From contig CM059438.1 in the NCBI GenBank assembly GCA_030390025.1, positions 53,446,001-53,510,000 of the forward strand: DNA of 64,000 bases, given 5' to 3'. The notes below the pieces were generated by a model, which saw only the letters and a list, made by a program, of their open reading frames with translations, made no database searches and was not told the origin of the DNA. The position numbers and the translations under genes were made by a program. This document shows, piece by piece, positions 52,301 through 64,000 of this stretch (positions are counted from its first letter, which is position 1; each line of letters opens with the position of its first letter). This DNA comes from Squalus acanthias (taxonomy: Eukaryota).

Positions 52301-55300
52301 TTTATTGGGTAAAGATCAGTCATTTTATTGGTAAGATCAGTCCATTTTATTGGAAAGATCAGTCATTTTATTGGGTAAAGATCAGTCATTTTATTGGTAA
52401 AGATCAGTCATTTTATTGGGTAAGATCAATCATTTTATTGGGTAAAGATCAGTCATTTTATTGGGTAAGATCAGTCATTTTATTGGTAAGATCAAGCATT
52501 TTATTGGTAAAGATCAGTCATTTTATAGGTAAAGATCAGTCATTTTAGTGGGTACAGATCAGCTCATTTTATTGGGTAAAGATCAGTCATTTTATGGTAA
52601 AAGATCAGTCATTTTATTGGGTACAGATCAGTCATTTTATTGGGTAAAGATCAGTCATTTTATTGGGTAAAGATCAGTCTTTTTATTGGTAAAGATCAGT
52701 CATTTTATTGGGTAAAGATCAGTCATTTTATTGGTTAAAGATCAGTCATTTTATTGGTAAAGATCAGTCATTTATTGGGTAAAGATCAGTCATTTATTGG
52801 TAAAGATCAGTCATTTTATTGGGTAAAGATCAGTCATTTTATTGGTAAAGATCAGTCATTTTATTGGGTAAAGATCAGTCATTTTATTGGGTAAAGATCA
52901 GTCATTTTATTGGGTAAAGATCAGTCATTTTATTGGGTAAAGATCAGTCATTTTATGGGTAAAGATCAGTCATTTTATTGGGTAAAGATCAGTCATTTTA
53001 TTGGGTAAAGATCAATCATTTTATTGGGTAAAGAATCAGTCATTTTATTGGTAAAGATCAGTCATTTTATTGGGTAAAGATCAATCATTTTATTGGGTAA
53101 AGATCAGTCATTTTAATGGTAAAGATCAGTCATTTATTGGGTAAAGATCAGTCATTTTATTGGGTAAAGATCAGTCATTTTATTGGGTAAAGATCAGTCA
53201 TTTTATTGGGTACAGATCAGTCATTTTATTGGGTAAAGATCAGTCATTTTATTGGGTAAAGATCAGTCATTTTATTGGGTACAGATCAATCATTTTATTG
53301 GGTAAAGATCAGTCATTTTATTGGGTAAAGATCAGTCATTTTATTGGGTAAAGATCAGTCATTTTATTGGTAAAGATCAGTCATTTTATTGGGTAAAGAT
53401 CAGTCATTTTATTGGGTAAAGATCAGTCATTTTATTGGGTAAAGATCAGTCATTTTATTGGGTAAAGATCAGTCATTTTATTGGTAAAGATCAGTCATTT
53501 TATTGGTAAAGATCAGTCATTTTATTGGTAAAGATCAGTCATTTTATTGGTTAAAGATCAGTCATTTTATTGGGTAAAGATCAGTCATTTTATTGGGTAA
53601 AGATCAGTCATTTTATTGGTAAAGATCAGTCATTTTATTGGGTAAAGATCAGTCATTTTATTGGGTAAAGATCAATCATTTTATGGGTAAAGATCAATCA
53701 TTTTATTGGGTAAAGATCCGTCATTATATTGGGTAAAGATCAGTCATTTTATTGGGTAAAGATCAGTCATTTTATTGGGTAAAGATCAGTCATTTTATTG
53801 GGTAAAGATCAGTCATTTTATTGGGTACAGATCAGTCATTTTATTAGGGAAAGATCAGTCATTTTATTGGGTAAAGATCAATCATTTATTGGGTAAAGAT
53901 CAGTCATTTTATTGGGTAAAGATCAGTCATTTTATTGGGTAAAGATCAATCATTTTATTGGGTAAAGATCAGTCATTTATTGGGTACAGATCAGTCATTT
54001 TATTGGGTAAAGATCAGTCATTTTATTGGGTAAAGATCAGTCATTTTATTGGGTAAAAGATCAGTCATTTTATTGGGTAAAGATCAGTCATTTTATTGGG
54101 TAAAGATCAGTCATTTTATTGGGTAAAGATCAGTCATTTTATTGGGTAAGATCAGTCATTTTATTGGGTAAAGATCAGTCATTTTATTGGGTAAAGATCA
54201 GTCATTTTATTGGGTAAGATCAGTCATTTTATTGGGTAAAGATCAGTCATTTTATTGGGTAAAGATCAGTCATTTTATTGGGTAAAGATCAGTCATTTTA
54301 TTGGGTAAAGATCAGTCATTTTATTGGGTAAAGATCAGTCATTTTATTGGGTACAGATCAGTCATTTTATTGGGTAAAGATCAGTCATTTTATTGGGTAA
54401 AGATCAATCATTTTATTGGGTAAAGATCAGTCATTTTATTGGGTAAAGATCAGTCATTTTATTGGGTAAAGATCAATCATTTTATTGGGTAAAGATCAGT
54501 CATTTTATTGGGTAAAGATCATCATTTTATTGGGTAAAGATCAGTCATTTTATTGGGTAAAGATCAGTCATTTTATTGGGTAAAGATCAATCATTTTATT
54601 GGGTACAGATCAGTCATTTTATTGGGTAAAGATCAATCATTTTATTGGGTAAAGATCAGTCATTTTATTGGGTACAGATCAGTCATTTTATTGGGTACAG
54701 ATCAGTCATTTTATTGGGTAAAGATCAGTCATTTTATTGGGTAAAGATCAGTCATTTTATGGGTAAAGATCAGTCATTTTATTGGGTAAAGATCAGTCAT
54801 TTTATTGGTAAAGATCAGTCATTTTATTGGGTAAAGATCAGTCATTTTATTGGGTAAAGATCAGTCATTTTATTGGGTAAAGATCAGTCATTTTATTGGG
54901 TAAAGATCAGTCATTTTATTGGGTAAAGATCAGTCATTTTATTGGGTAAAGATCAATCATTTTATTGGGTAAAGATCAGTCATTTTATTGGTAAAGATCA
55001 GTCATTTTATTGGGTAAAGATCAGTCATTTTATTGGGTAAAGATCAGTCATTTTATTGGGTAAAGATCAGTCATTTTATTGGGTAAAGATCAGTCATTTT
55101 ATTGGGTAAAGATCAGTCATTTTATTGGGTAAAGATCAGTCATTTTATTGGGTAAAGATCAGTCATTTTATTGGGTAAAGATCAGTCATTTTATTGGGTA
55201 AAGATCAGTCATTTTATTGGGTAAAGATCAGTCATTTTATTGGGTAAAGATCATTCATTTTATTGGGTAAAGATCAGTCATTTTATTGGGTAAAGATCAG

Positions 55301-58300
55301 TCATTTTATTGGGTAAAGATCAGTCATTTTATTGGGTAAAGATCAGTCATTTTATTGGGTAAAGATCAGTCATTTTATTGGGTAAAGATCAGTCATTTTA
55401 TTGGGTAAAGATCAGTCATTTTATTGGGTAAAGATCAGTCATTTTATTGGGTAAAGATCAGTCATTTTATTGGGTAAAGATCAGTCATTTATTGGGTAAA
55501 GATCAGTCATTTTATTGGTAAAGATCAGTCATTTTATTGGTAAAGATCAGTCATTTTATTGGGTAAAGATCAGTCATTTTATTGGGTAAAGATCAGTCAT
55601 TTTATTGGGTAAAGATCAGTCATTTTATTGGGTAAAGATCAGTCATTTTATTGGGTAAAGATCAGTCATTTTATTGGGTAAAGATCAATCATTTTATTGG
55701 GTAAAGATCAGTCATTTTATTGGTAAAGATCAGTCATTTTATTGGGTAAAGATCAGTCATTTTATTGGTAAAGATCAGTCATTTTATTGGGTAAAGATCA
55801 GTCATTTTATTGGGTAAAGATCAGTCATTTTATTGGTAAAGATCAGTCATTTTATTGGGTAAAGATCAGTCATTTTATTGGGTAAAGATCAGTCATTTTA
55901 TTGGGTAAAGATCATCATTTTATTGGGTAAAGATCAGTCATTTTATTGGGTAAAGATCAGTCATTTTATTGGGTAAAGATCAGTCATTTTATTGGGTAAA
56001 GATCAGTCATTTTATTGGGTAAAGATCAGTCATTTTATTGGGTAAGATCAGTCATTTTATTGGGTAAAGATCAGTCATTTTATTGGGTAAGATCAGTCTT
56101 TTATTGGGTAAAGATCAGTCATTTTATTGGTAAAGATCAGTCATTTATTGGGTAAAGATCAGTCATTTTATTGGGTAAAGATCAGTCATTTTATTGGGTA
56201 AAGATCAGTCATTTTATTGGGTAAAGATCAGTCATTTTATTGGGTAAAGATCAGTCATTTTATTGGGTAAAGATCAGTCATTTTATTGGGTAAAGATCAG
56301 TCATTTTATTGGTTAAGATCAATCATTTTATTGGGTAAAGATCAGTCATTTTATTGGGTAAAGATCAGTCATTTTATTGGGTAAAGATCAGTCATTTTAT
56401 TGGGTAAAGATCAGTCATTTTATTGGGTAAAAGATCAGTCATTTTATTGGGTAAAGATCAGTCATTTTATTGGGTAAAGATCAGTCATTTTATTGGGTAA
56501 AGATCAGTCATTTTATTGGGTAAAGATCAGTCATTTTATTGGGTAAAGATCAGTCATTTTATTGGGTAAAGATCAATCATTTTATTGGGTAAAGATCAGT
56601 CATTTTATTGGTTAAAGATCAGTCATTTTATTGGGTAAAGATCAGTCATTTTATTGGGTAAAGATCAGTCATTTTATGGGTACAGATCAGTCATTTTATT
56701 GGGTAAAGATCAGTCATTTTATTGGGTAAAGATCAGTCATTTTATTGGGTAAAGATCAGTCATTTTATTGGGTAAAGATCAATCATTTTATTGGGTAAAG
56801 ATCAGTCATTTTATTGGGTAAAGATCAGTCATTTTATTGGGTAAAGATCAATCATTTTATTGGGTAAAGATCAGTCATTTTAATGGGTAAAGATCAGTCA
56901 TTTTATTGGGTAAAGATCAGTCATTTTATTGGGTAAAGATCAGTCATTTATTGGGTAAAGATCAGTCATTTTATTGGGTAAAGATCAGTCATTTTATTGG
57001 GTAAAGATCAGTCATTTTATTGGGTAAAGATCAGTCATTTTATTGGGTAAAGATCAGTCATTTTATTGGGTAAAGATCAGTCATTTTATTGGTAAAGATC
57101 AGTCATTTTATTGGTAAAGATCAGTCATTTTATTGGTAAAGATCAGTCATTTTATTGGTAAAGATCAGTCATTTTATTGGGTAAAGATCAGTCATTTTAT
57201 TGGGTAAAGATCAGTCATTTTATTGGGTAAAGATCAGTCATTTTATTGGTAAAGATCATCATTTTATTGGGTAAAGATCAGTCATTTTATTGGTAAAGAT
57301 CAGTCATTTTATTGGGTAAGATCAGTCATTTTATTGGGTAAAGATCAGTCATTTTATTGGTAAAGATCAGTCATTTTATTGGTAATGATCAGTCATTTTA
57401 TTGGGTACAGATCAGTCATTTTATTGGGTAAGATCAGTCATTTTTATTGGGTAAAGATCAGTCATTTATTGGGTAAAGATCAGTCATTTATTGGGTAAAG
57501 ATCAGTCATTTTATTGGGTAAAGATCAGTCATTTTATTGGTAAAGATCAGTCATTTTATTGGGTAAAGATCAATCATTTTCTGGGTAAAGATCAGTCATT
57601 TTATTGGGTAAAGATCAGTCATTTTATTGGTAAAGATCAATCATTTTATTGGGTAAAGATCAGTCATTTTATTGGGTAAAGATCAATCATTTTATTGGGT
57701 AAAGATCAGTCATTTTATTGGGTAAAGATCAGTCATTTTATTGGGTAAAGATCAATCATTTTATTGGGTAAAGATCAGTCATTTTATTGGGTAAAGATCA
57801 GTCATTTTATTGGGTAAAGATCAGTCATTTTATTGGGTAAAGATCAGTCATTTTATTGGGATAAGTCAGTCATTTTATTGGGTAAAGATCAATCATTTTA
57901 TTGGTTAAGATCAGTCATTTTATTGGGTAAAGATCAGTCATTTTATTGGGTAAAGATCAGTCAATTTATTTGGTAAAGATCAGTCATTTTATTGGGTAAA
58001 GATCAGTCATTTTATTGGGTAAAGATCAGTCATTTTATTGGGTAAAGATCAGTCATTTTATTGGGTAAAGATCAGTCATTTTATTGGTAAAGATCAGTCA
58101 TTTTATTGGTAAAGATCAGTCATTTTATTGGGTACAGATCAGTCATTTTATTGGGTAAAGATCAGTCATTTTATTGGGTACAGATCAGTCATTTTATTGG
58201 GTAAAGATCAGTCATTTTATTGGGTACAGATCAGTCATTTTATTGGGTACAGATCAGTCATTTTATTGGGTAAAGATCAATCATTTTATTGGGTAAAGAT

Positions 58301-61300
58301 CAGTCATTTTATTGGGTAAAGATCAGTCATTTTATTGGGTAAAGATCAGTCATTTTATTGGGTAAAGATCAGTCATTTTATTGGTAAAGATCAGTCATTT
58401 TATTGGGTAAAGATCAGTCATTTTATTGGGTAAAGATCAGTCATTTTATTGGGTAAAGATCAGTCATTTTATTGGGTAAAGATCAGTCATTTTATTGGGT
58501 AAAGATCAGTCATTTTATTGGGTAAAGATCAGTCATTTTATTGGGTAAAGATCAGTCATTTTATTGGGTAAAGATCAGTCATTTTATTGGGTAAAGATCA
58601 ATCATTTTATTGGGTAAAGATCAGTCATTTTATTGGGTAAAGATCAGTCATTTTATTGGGTAAAGATCAGTCATTTTATTGGGTAAAGATCAGTCATTTT
58701 ATTGGGTAAAGATCAATCATTTTATTGGGTAAAGATCAGTCATTTTATTGGGTAAAGATCAGTCATTTTATTGGGTAAAGATCAGTCATTTTATTGGGTA
58801 AAGATCAGTCATTTTATTGGGTAAAGATCAGTCATTTTATTGGTAAAGATCAGTCATTTTATTGGGTACAGATCAGTCATTTTATTGGGTAAAGATCAGT
58901 CATTTTATTGGGTAAAGATCAGTCATTTTATTGGGTAAAGATCAGTCATTTTATTGGGTAAAGATCAGTCATTTTATTGGGTAAAGATCAATCATTTTAT
59001 TGGTACAGATCAGTCATTTATTGGGTAAAGATCAGTCATTTTATTGGGTAAAGATCAGTCATTTTATTGGGATAAAGATCAGTCATTTTATTGGGGTAAA
59101 GATCAGTCTTTTTATTGGGTAAAGATCAGTCATTTTATTGGGTAAAGATCAGTCATTTTATTGGGTAAAGATCAGTCATTTTATTGGGTAAAGATCAGTC
59201 ATTTTATTGGGTAAAGATCAGTCATTTTATTGGGTAAAGATCAGTCATTTTATTGGGTAAAGATCAGTCATTTTATTGGGTAAAGATCAGTCATTTTATT
59301 GGGTAAAGATCAGTCATTTTATTGGGTAAAGATCAGTCATTTTATTGGGTAAAGATCAGTCATTTTATTGGTAAAGATCATTCATTTTATTGGGTAAAGA
59401 TCAGTCATTTTATTGGGTAAAGATCAGTCATTTTATTGGGTAAAGATCAGTCATTTTATTGGGTAAAGATCAGTCATTTTATTGGGTAAAGATCAGTCAT
59501 TTTATTGGGTAAAGATCAGTCATTTTATTGGGTAAAGATCAGTCATTTTATTGGGTAAAGATCAGTCATTTTATTGGGTAAAGATCAGTCATTTTATTGG
59601 GTAAAGATCAGTCATTTTATTGGGTAAAGATCAGTCATTTTATTGGGTAAAGATCAAGTCATTTTATTGGGTAAAGATCAGTCATTTTATTGGGTAAAGA
59701 TCAGTCATTTTATTGGTAAAGATCAGTCATTTTATTGGGTAAAGATCAGTCATTTTATTGGGTAAAGATCAGTCATTTTATTGGGTACAGATCAGTCATT
59801 TTATTGGGTAAAGATCAGTCATTTTATTGGGTAAAGATCAGTCATTTTATTGGGTAAAGATCAGCATTTTATTGGGTAAAGATCAGTCATTTTATTGGGT
59901 AAAGATCAGTCATTTTATTGGGTAAAGATCAGTCATTTTATTGGGTAAAGATCAGTCATTTTATTGGGTAAAGATCAGTCATTTTATTGGGTAAAGATCA
60001 GTCATTTTATTGGTAAAGATCAGTCATTTTATTGGGTAAAGATCAGTCATTTTATTGGGTAAAGATCAGTCATTTTATTGGGTAAAGATCAGTCATTTTA
60101 TTGGGTAAAGATCAGTCATTTTATTGGGTAAAGATCAGTCATTTTATTGGGTAAAGATCAGTCATTTTATTGGGTAAAGATCAGTCATTTATTGGGTACA
60201 GATCAGTCATTTATTGGGTAAAGATCTGTCATTTTATTGGGTACAGATCAGTCATTTTATTGGGTAAAGATCATCATTTTATTGGGTAAAGATCAGTCAT
60301 TTTATTGGGTACAGATCAGTCATTTTATTGGTAAAGATCAGTCATTTTATTGGGTAAAGATCAGTCATTTTATTGGGTAAAGATCAGTCATTTTATTGGG
60401 TAAAGATCAGTCATTTTATTGGGTAAAGATCAGTCATTTTATTGGGTAAAGATCAGTCATTTTATTGGGTAAAGATCAGTCATTTTATTGGTAAAGATCA
60501 GTCATTTTATTGGGTAAAGATCAGTCATTTTATTGGGTAAAGATCAGTCGTTTTATTGGGTAAAGATCAGTCATTTTATTGGGTAAAGATCAGTCATTTT
60601 ATTGGGTAAAGATCAGTCATTTTATTGGTAAGATCAGTCATTTTATTGGGTAAAGATCAGTCATTTTATTGGGTAAAGATCAGTCATTTTATTGGGTAAA
60701 GATCAGTCATTTTATTGGGTAAAGATCAGTCATTTTATTGGGTAAAGATCAGTCATTTTATTGGGTAAAGATCAGTCATTTTATTGGGTAAAGATCAGTC
60801 ATTTTATTGGGTAAAGATCAGTCATTTTATTGGTAAAGATCAGTCATTTTATTGGGTAAAGATCAGTCATTTTATTGGTAAAGATCAGTCATTTTATTGG
60901 GTAAAGATCAGTCATTTTATTGGGTAAAGATCAGTCATTTTATTGGGTAAAGATCAGTCATTTTATTGGGTAAAGATCAGTCATTTTATTGGGTAAAGAT
61001 CAGTCATTTTATTGGTAAAGATCAGTCATTTTATTGGGTAAAGATCAATCATTTTATTGGGTAAAGATCAGTCATTTTATTGGGTAAAGATCAGTCATTT
61101 TATTGGGTAAAGATCAATCATTTTATTGGGTAAAGATCAATCATTTTATTGGTAAAGATCAGTCATTTTATTGGGTAAAGATCAGTCATTTTATTGGGTA
61201 AAGATCAATCATTTTATTGGGTAAAGATCAGTCATTTTATTGGGTAAAGATCAGTCATTTTATTGGGTAAAGATCAGTCATTTTATTGGGTAAAGATCAG

Positions 61301-64000
61301 TCATTTTATTGGGTAAAGATCAGTCATTTTATTGGGTAAAGATCAATCATTTTATTGGGTAAAGATCAATCATTTTATTGGGTAAAGATCAATCATTTTA
61401 TTGGTAAAGATCAGTCATTTTATTGGGTAAAGATCAGTCATTTTATTGGGTAAAGATCAGTCATTTTATTGGGTAAAGATCAGTCATTTTATTGGGTAAA
61501 GATCAGTCATTTTATTGGGTAAAGATCAGTCATTTTATTGGGTAAAGATCAGTCATTTTATTGGGTAAAGATCAGTCATTTTATTGGGTAAAGATCAGTC
61601 ATTTTATTGGGTAAAGATCAGTCATTTTATTGGGTAAAGATCAGTCATTTTATTGGGTAAAGATCAGTCATTTTATTGGGTAAAGATCAGTCATTTTATT
61701 GGGTAAAGATCAGTCATTTTATTGGGTAAAGATCAGTCATTTTATTGGGTAAAGATCAGTCATTTTATTGGGTAAAGATCAGTCATTTTATTGGGTAAAG
61801 ATCAGTCATTTTATTGGGTAAAGATCAGTCATTTTATTGGGTAAAGATCAGTCATTTTATTGGGTAAAGATCAGTCATTTTATTGGGTAAAGATCAGTCA
61901 TTTTATTGGGTAAAGATCAGTCATTTTATTGGGTACAGATCAGTCATTTTATTGGGTACAGATCAGTCATTTTATTGGGTAAAGATCAGTCATTTTATTG
62001 GGTAAAGATCAGTCATTTTATTGGGTAAAGATCAGTCATTTTATTGGGTAAAGATCAGTCATTTTATTGGGTAAAGATCAGTCATTTTATTGGGTAAAGA
62101 TCAGTCATTTTATTGGGTACAGATCAGTCATTTTATTGGGTACAGATCAGTCATTTTATTGGTACAGATCAGTCATTTTATTGGGTAAAGATCAGTCATT
62201 TTATTGGTAAAGATCAGTCATTTTATTGGGTAAAGATCAGTCATTTTATTGGGTAAAGATCAGTCATTTTATTGGGTAAAGATCAGTCATTTTATTGGGT
62301 AAAGATCAGTCATTTTATTGGGTAAAGATCAGTCATTTTATTGGGTAAAGATCAGTCATTTTATTGGGTAAAGATCAGTCATTTTATTGGGTACAGATCA
62401 GTCATTTTATTGGGTAAAGATCAGTCATTTTATTGGTACAAATCAGTCATTTTATTGGGTACAAATCTGTCATTTTATTGGGTAAAGATCAATCATTTTA
62501 TTGGGTAAAGATCAGTCATTTTATTGGGTAAAGATCAGTCATTTTATTGGTACAGATCAGTCATTTTATTGGGTAAAGATCAGTCATTTTATTGGGTAAA
62601 GATCAGTCATTTTATTGGGTAAAGATCAGTCATTTTATTGGGTAAAGATCAGTCATTTTATTGGGTAAAGATCAGTCATTTTATTGGGTAAAGATCAGTC
62701 ATTTTATTGGGTAAAGATCAGTCATTTTATTGGGTAAAGATCAGTCATTTTATTGGGTAAAGATCAGTCATTTTATTGGGTAAAGATCAGTCATTTTATT
62801 GGTACAGATCAGTCATTTTATTGGGTAAAGATCAGTCATTTTATTGGGTACAGATCAGTCATTTTATTGGGTAAAGATCAGTCATTTTATTGGGTAAAGA
62901 TCAGTCATTTTATTGGGTAAAGATCAGTCATTTTATTGGGTAAAGATCAGTCATTTTATTGGGTAAAGATCAGTCATTTTATTGGGTAAAGATCAGTCAT
63001 TTTATTGGGTAAAGATCAGTCATTTTATTGGGTAAAGATCAGTCATTTTATTGGGTAAAGATCAGTCATTTTATTGGGTAAAGATCAGTCATTTTATTGG
63101 GTAAAGGTCAGTCATTTTATTGGGTAAAGATCAGTCATTTTATTGGGTAAAGGTCAGTCATTTTATTGGGTAAAGATCAGTCATTTTATTGGGTAAAGAT
63201 CAGTCATTTTATTGGGTAAAGATCAGTCATTTTATTGGGTAAAGATCAGTCATTTTATTGGGTAAAGATCAGTCATTTTATTGGGTAAAGATCAGTCATT
63301 TTATTGGGTAAAGATCAGTCATTTTATTGGGTAAAGATCAGTCATTTTATTGGGTAAAGGTCAGTCATTTTATTGGGTAAAGATCAGTCATTTTATTGGG
63401 TAAAGATCAGTCATTTTATTGGGTAAAGATCAGTCATTTTATTGAGTACAGATCAGTCATTTTATTGGGTACAGATCAGTCATTTTATTGGGTACAGATC
63501 AGTCATTTTATTGGGTACAGTTCAGTCATTTTATTGGGTAAAGATCAGTCATTTTATTGGGTAAAGATCAGTCATTTTATTGGGTAAAGATCAATCATTT
63601 TATTGGGTAAAGATCAGTCATTTTATTGGGTAAAGATCAGTCATTTTATTGGGGACAGTTCAGTCATTTTATTGGGTAAAGATCAATCATTTTATCGGGT
63701 AAAGATCAGTCATTTTAATGGGCAAAGATCAGTCATTTTATTGGGTAAAGATCAGTTATTTTATTGGGTAAAAATCAGTCATTTTATTGGGGACAGTTCA
63801 GTCATTTTATTGGGTAAAGATCAATCATTTTATTGGTAAAGATCAATCATTTTATTGGGTGCAGATCAATCATTTTATTGGGTAAAGATCAATCATTTTA
63901 TTGGGTAAAGATCAGTCATTTTATTGGGTAAAGATCAATCATTTTATTGGGTAAAGATCAGTCATGTTATTGGGTAAAGATCAGTCATTTTAATGGGCAA
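7370..64000. repeat. Main 23-bp satellite array, consensus TAAAGATCAGTCATTTTATTGGG, ~2,460 head-to-tail copies, runs past the right edge of the window
   Basis: Continuous tandem array in one orientation. Common variants are TACAG and CAATC; rarer ones are TGAAG, GAGTA, TCTGT and AAGGT. The copy number is 56,630/23. Confidence 0.99.

Noticed and set aside
2054..63839. Short ORFs of the type GKDQSFYWVKISHFIG in the satellite
   Set aside because: They are translation by-products of a 23-bp period, start at non-ATG codons, and are open only where TAC variants or indels remove the recurring TAA.
2036..64000. CRISPR array (23-bp repeats)
   Set aside because: Units are head-to-tail with no unique spacers, there are no cas genes, and the context is vertebrate.
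7370..64000. Telomeric repeat with a long unit (as in some yeasts)
   Set aside because: The context is vertebrate (TTAGGG expected), the monomer is explained by the local NAT UTR, and the array diverges again at the far edge.

Overview
Vertebrate genomic DNA, probably a cartilaginous fish (inferred only from the style of the CR1 and L2 elements). The first ~7.4 kb hold, in order: a CpG-rich ~16-bp minisatellite (1-~410) ending at a hairpin; a degraded, internally deleted L2 LINE relic on the - strand; an intact single-exon arylamine N-acetyltransferase CDS (1107-1982, Cys68-His107-Asp122 triad) with an upstream splice acceptor and a downstream AATAAA; and the start of a 23-bp satellite. The satellite is interrupted by a 5'-truncated, inactivated CR1 LINE (2298-5594) and a 1.69-kb solo LTR (5681-7369). 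From 7370 to the window end is one ~56.6-kb array of about 2,460 copies of TAAAGATCAGTCATTTTATTGGG. The main observation is that the monomer is largely an inverted copy of the NAT gene's own poly(A)-signal region. Positions 2008-2024 and 2044-2060 form a perfect 17-bp inverted repeat whose right arm is the first satellite unit, and the gene-proximal units keep the UTR-matching alleles while the distal core has drifted. The window therefore appears to record where a satellite was born and how it homogenised. Parts of the array (a ~23-kb invariant core next to an indel-rich segment) may reflect assembly or polishing artefacts.
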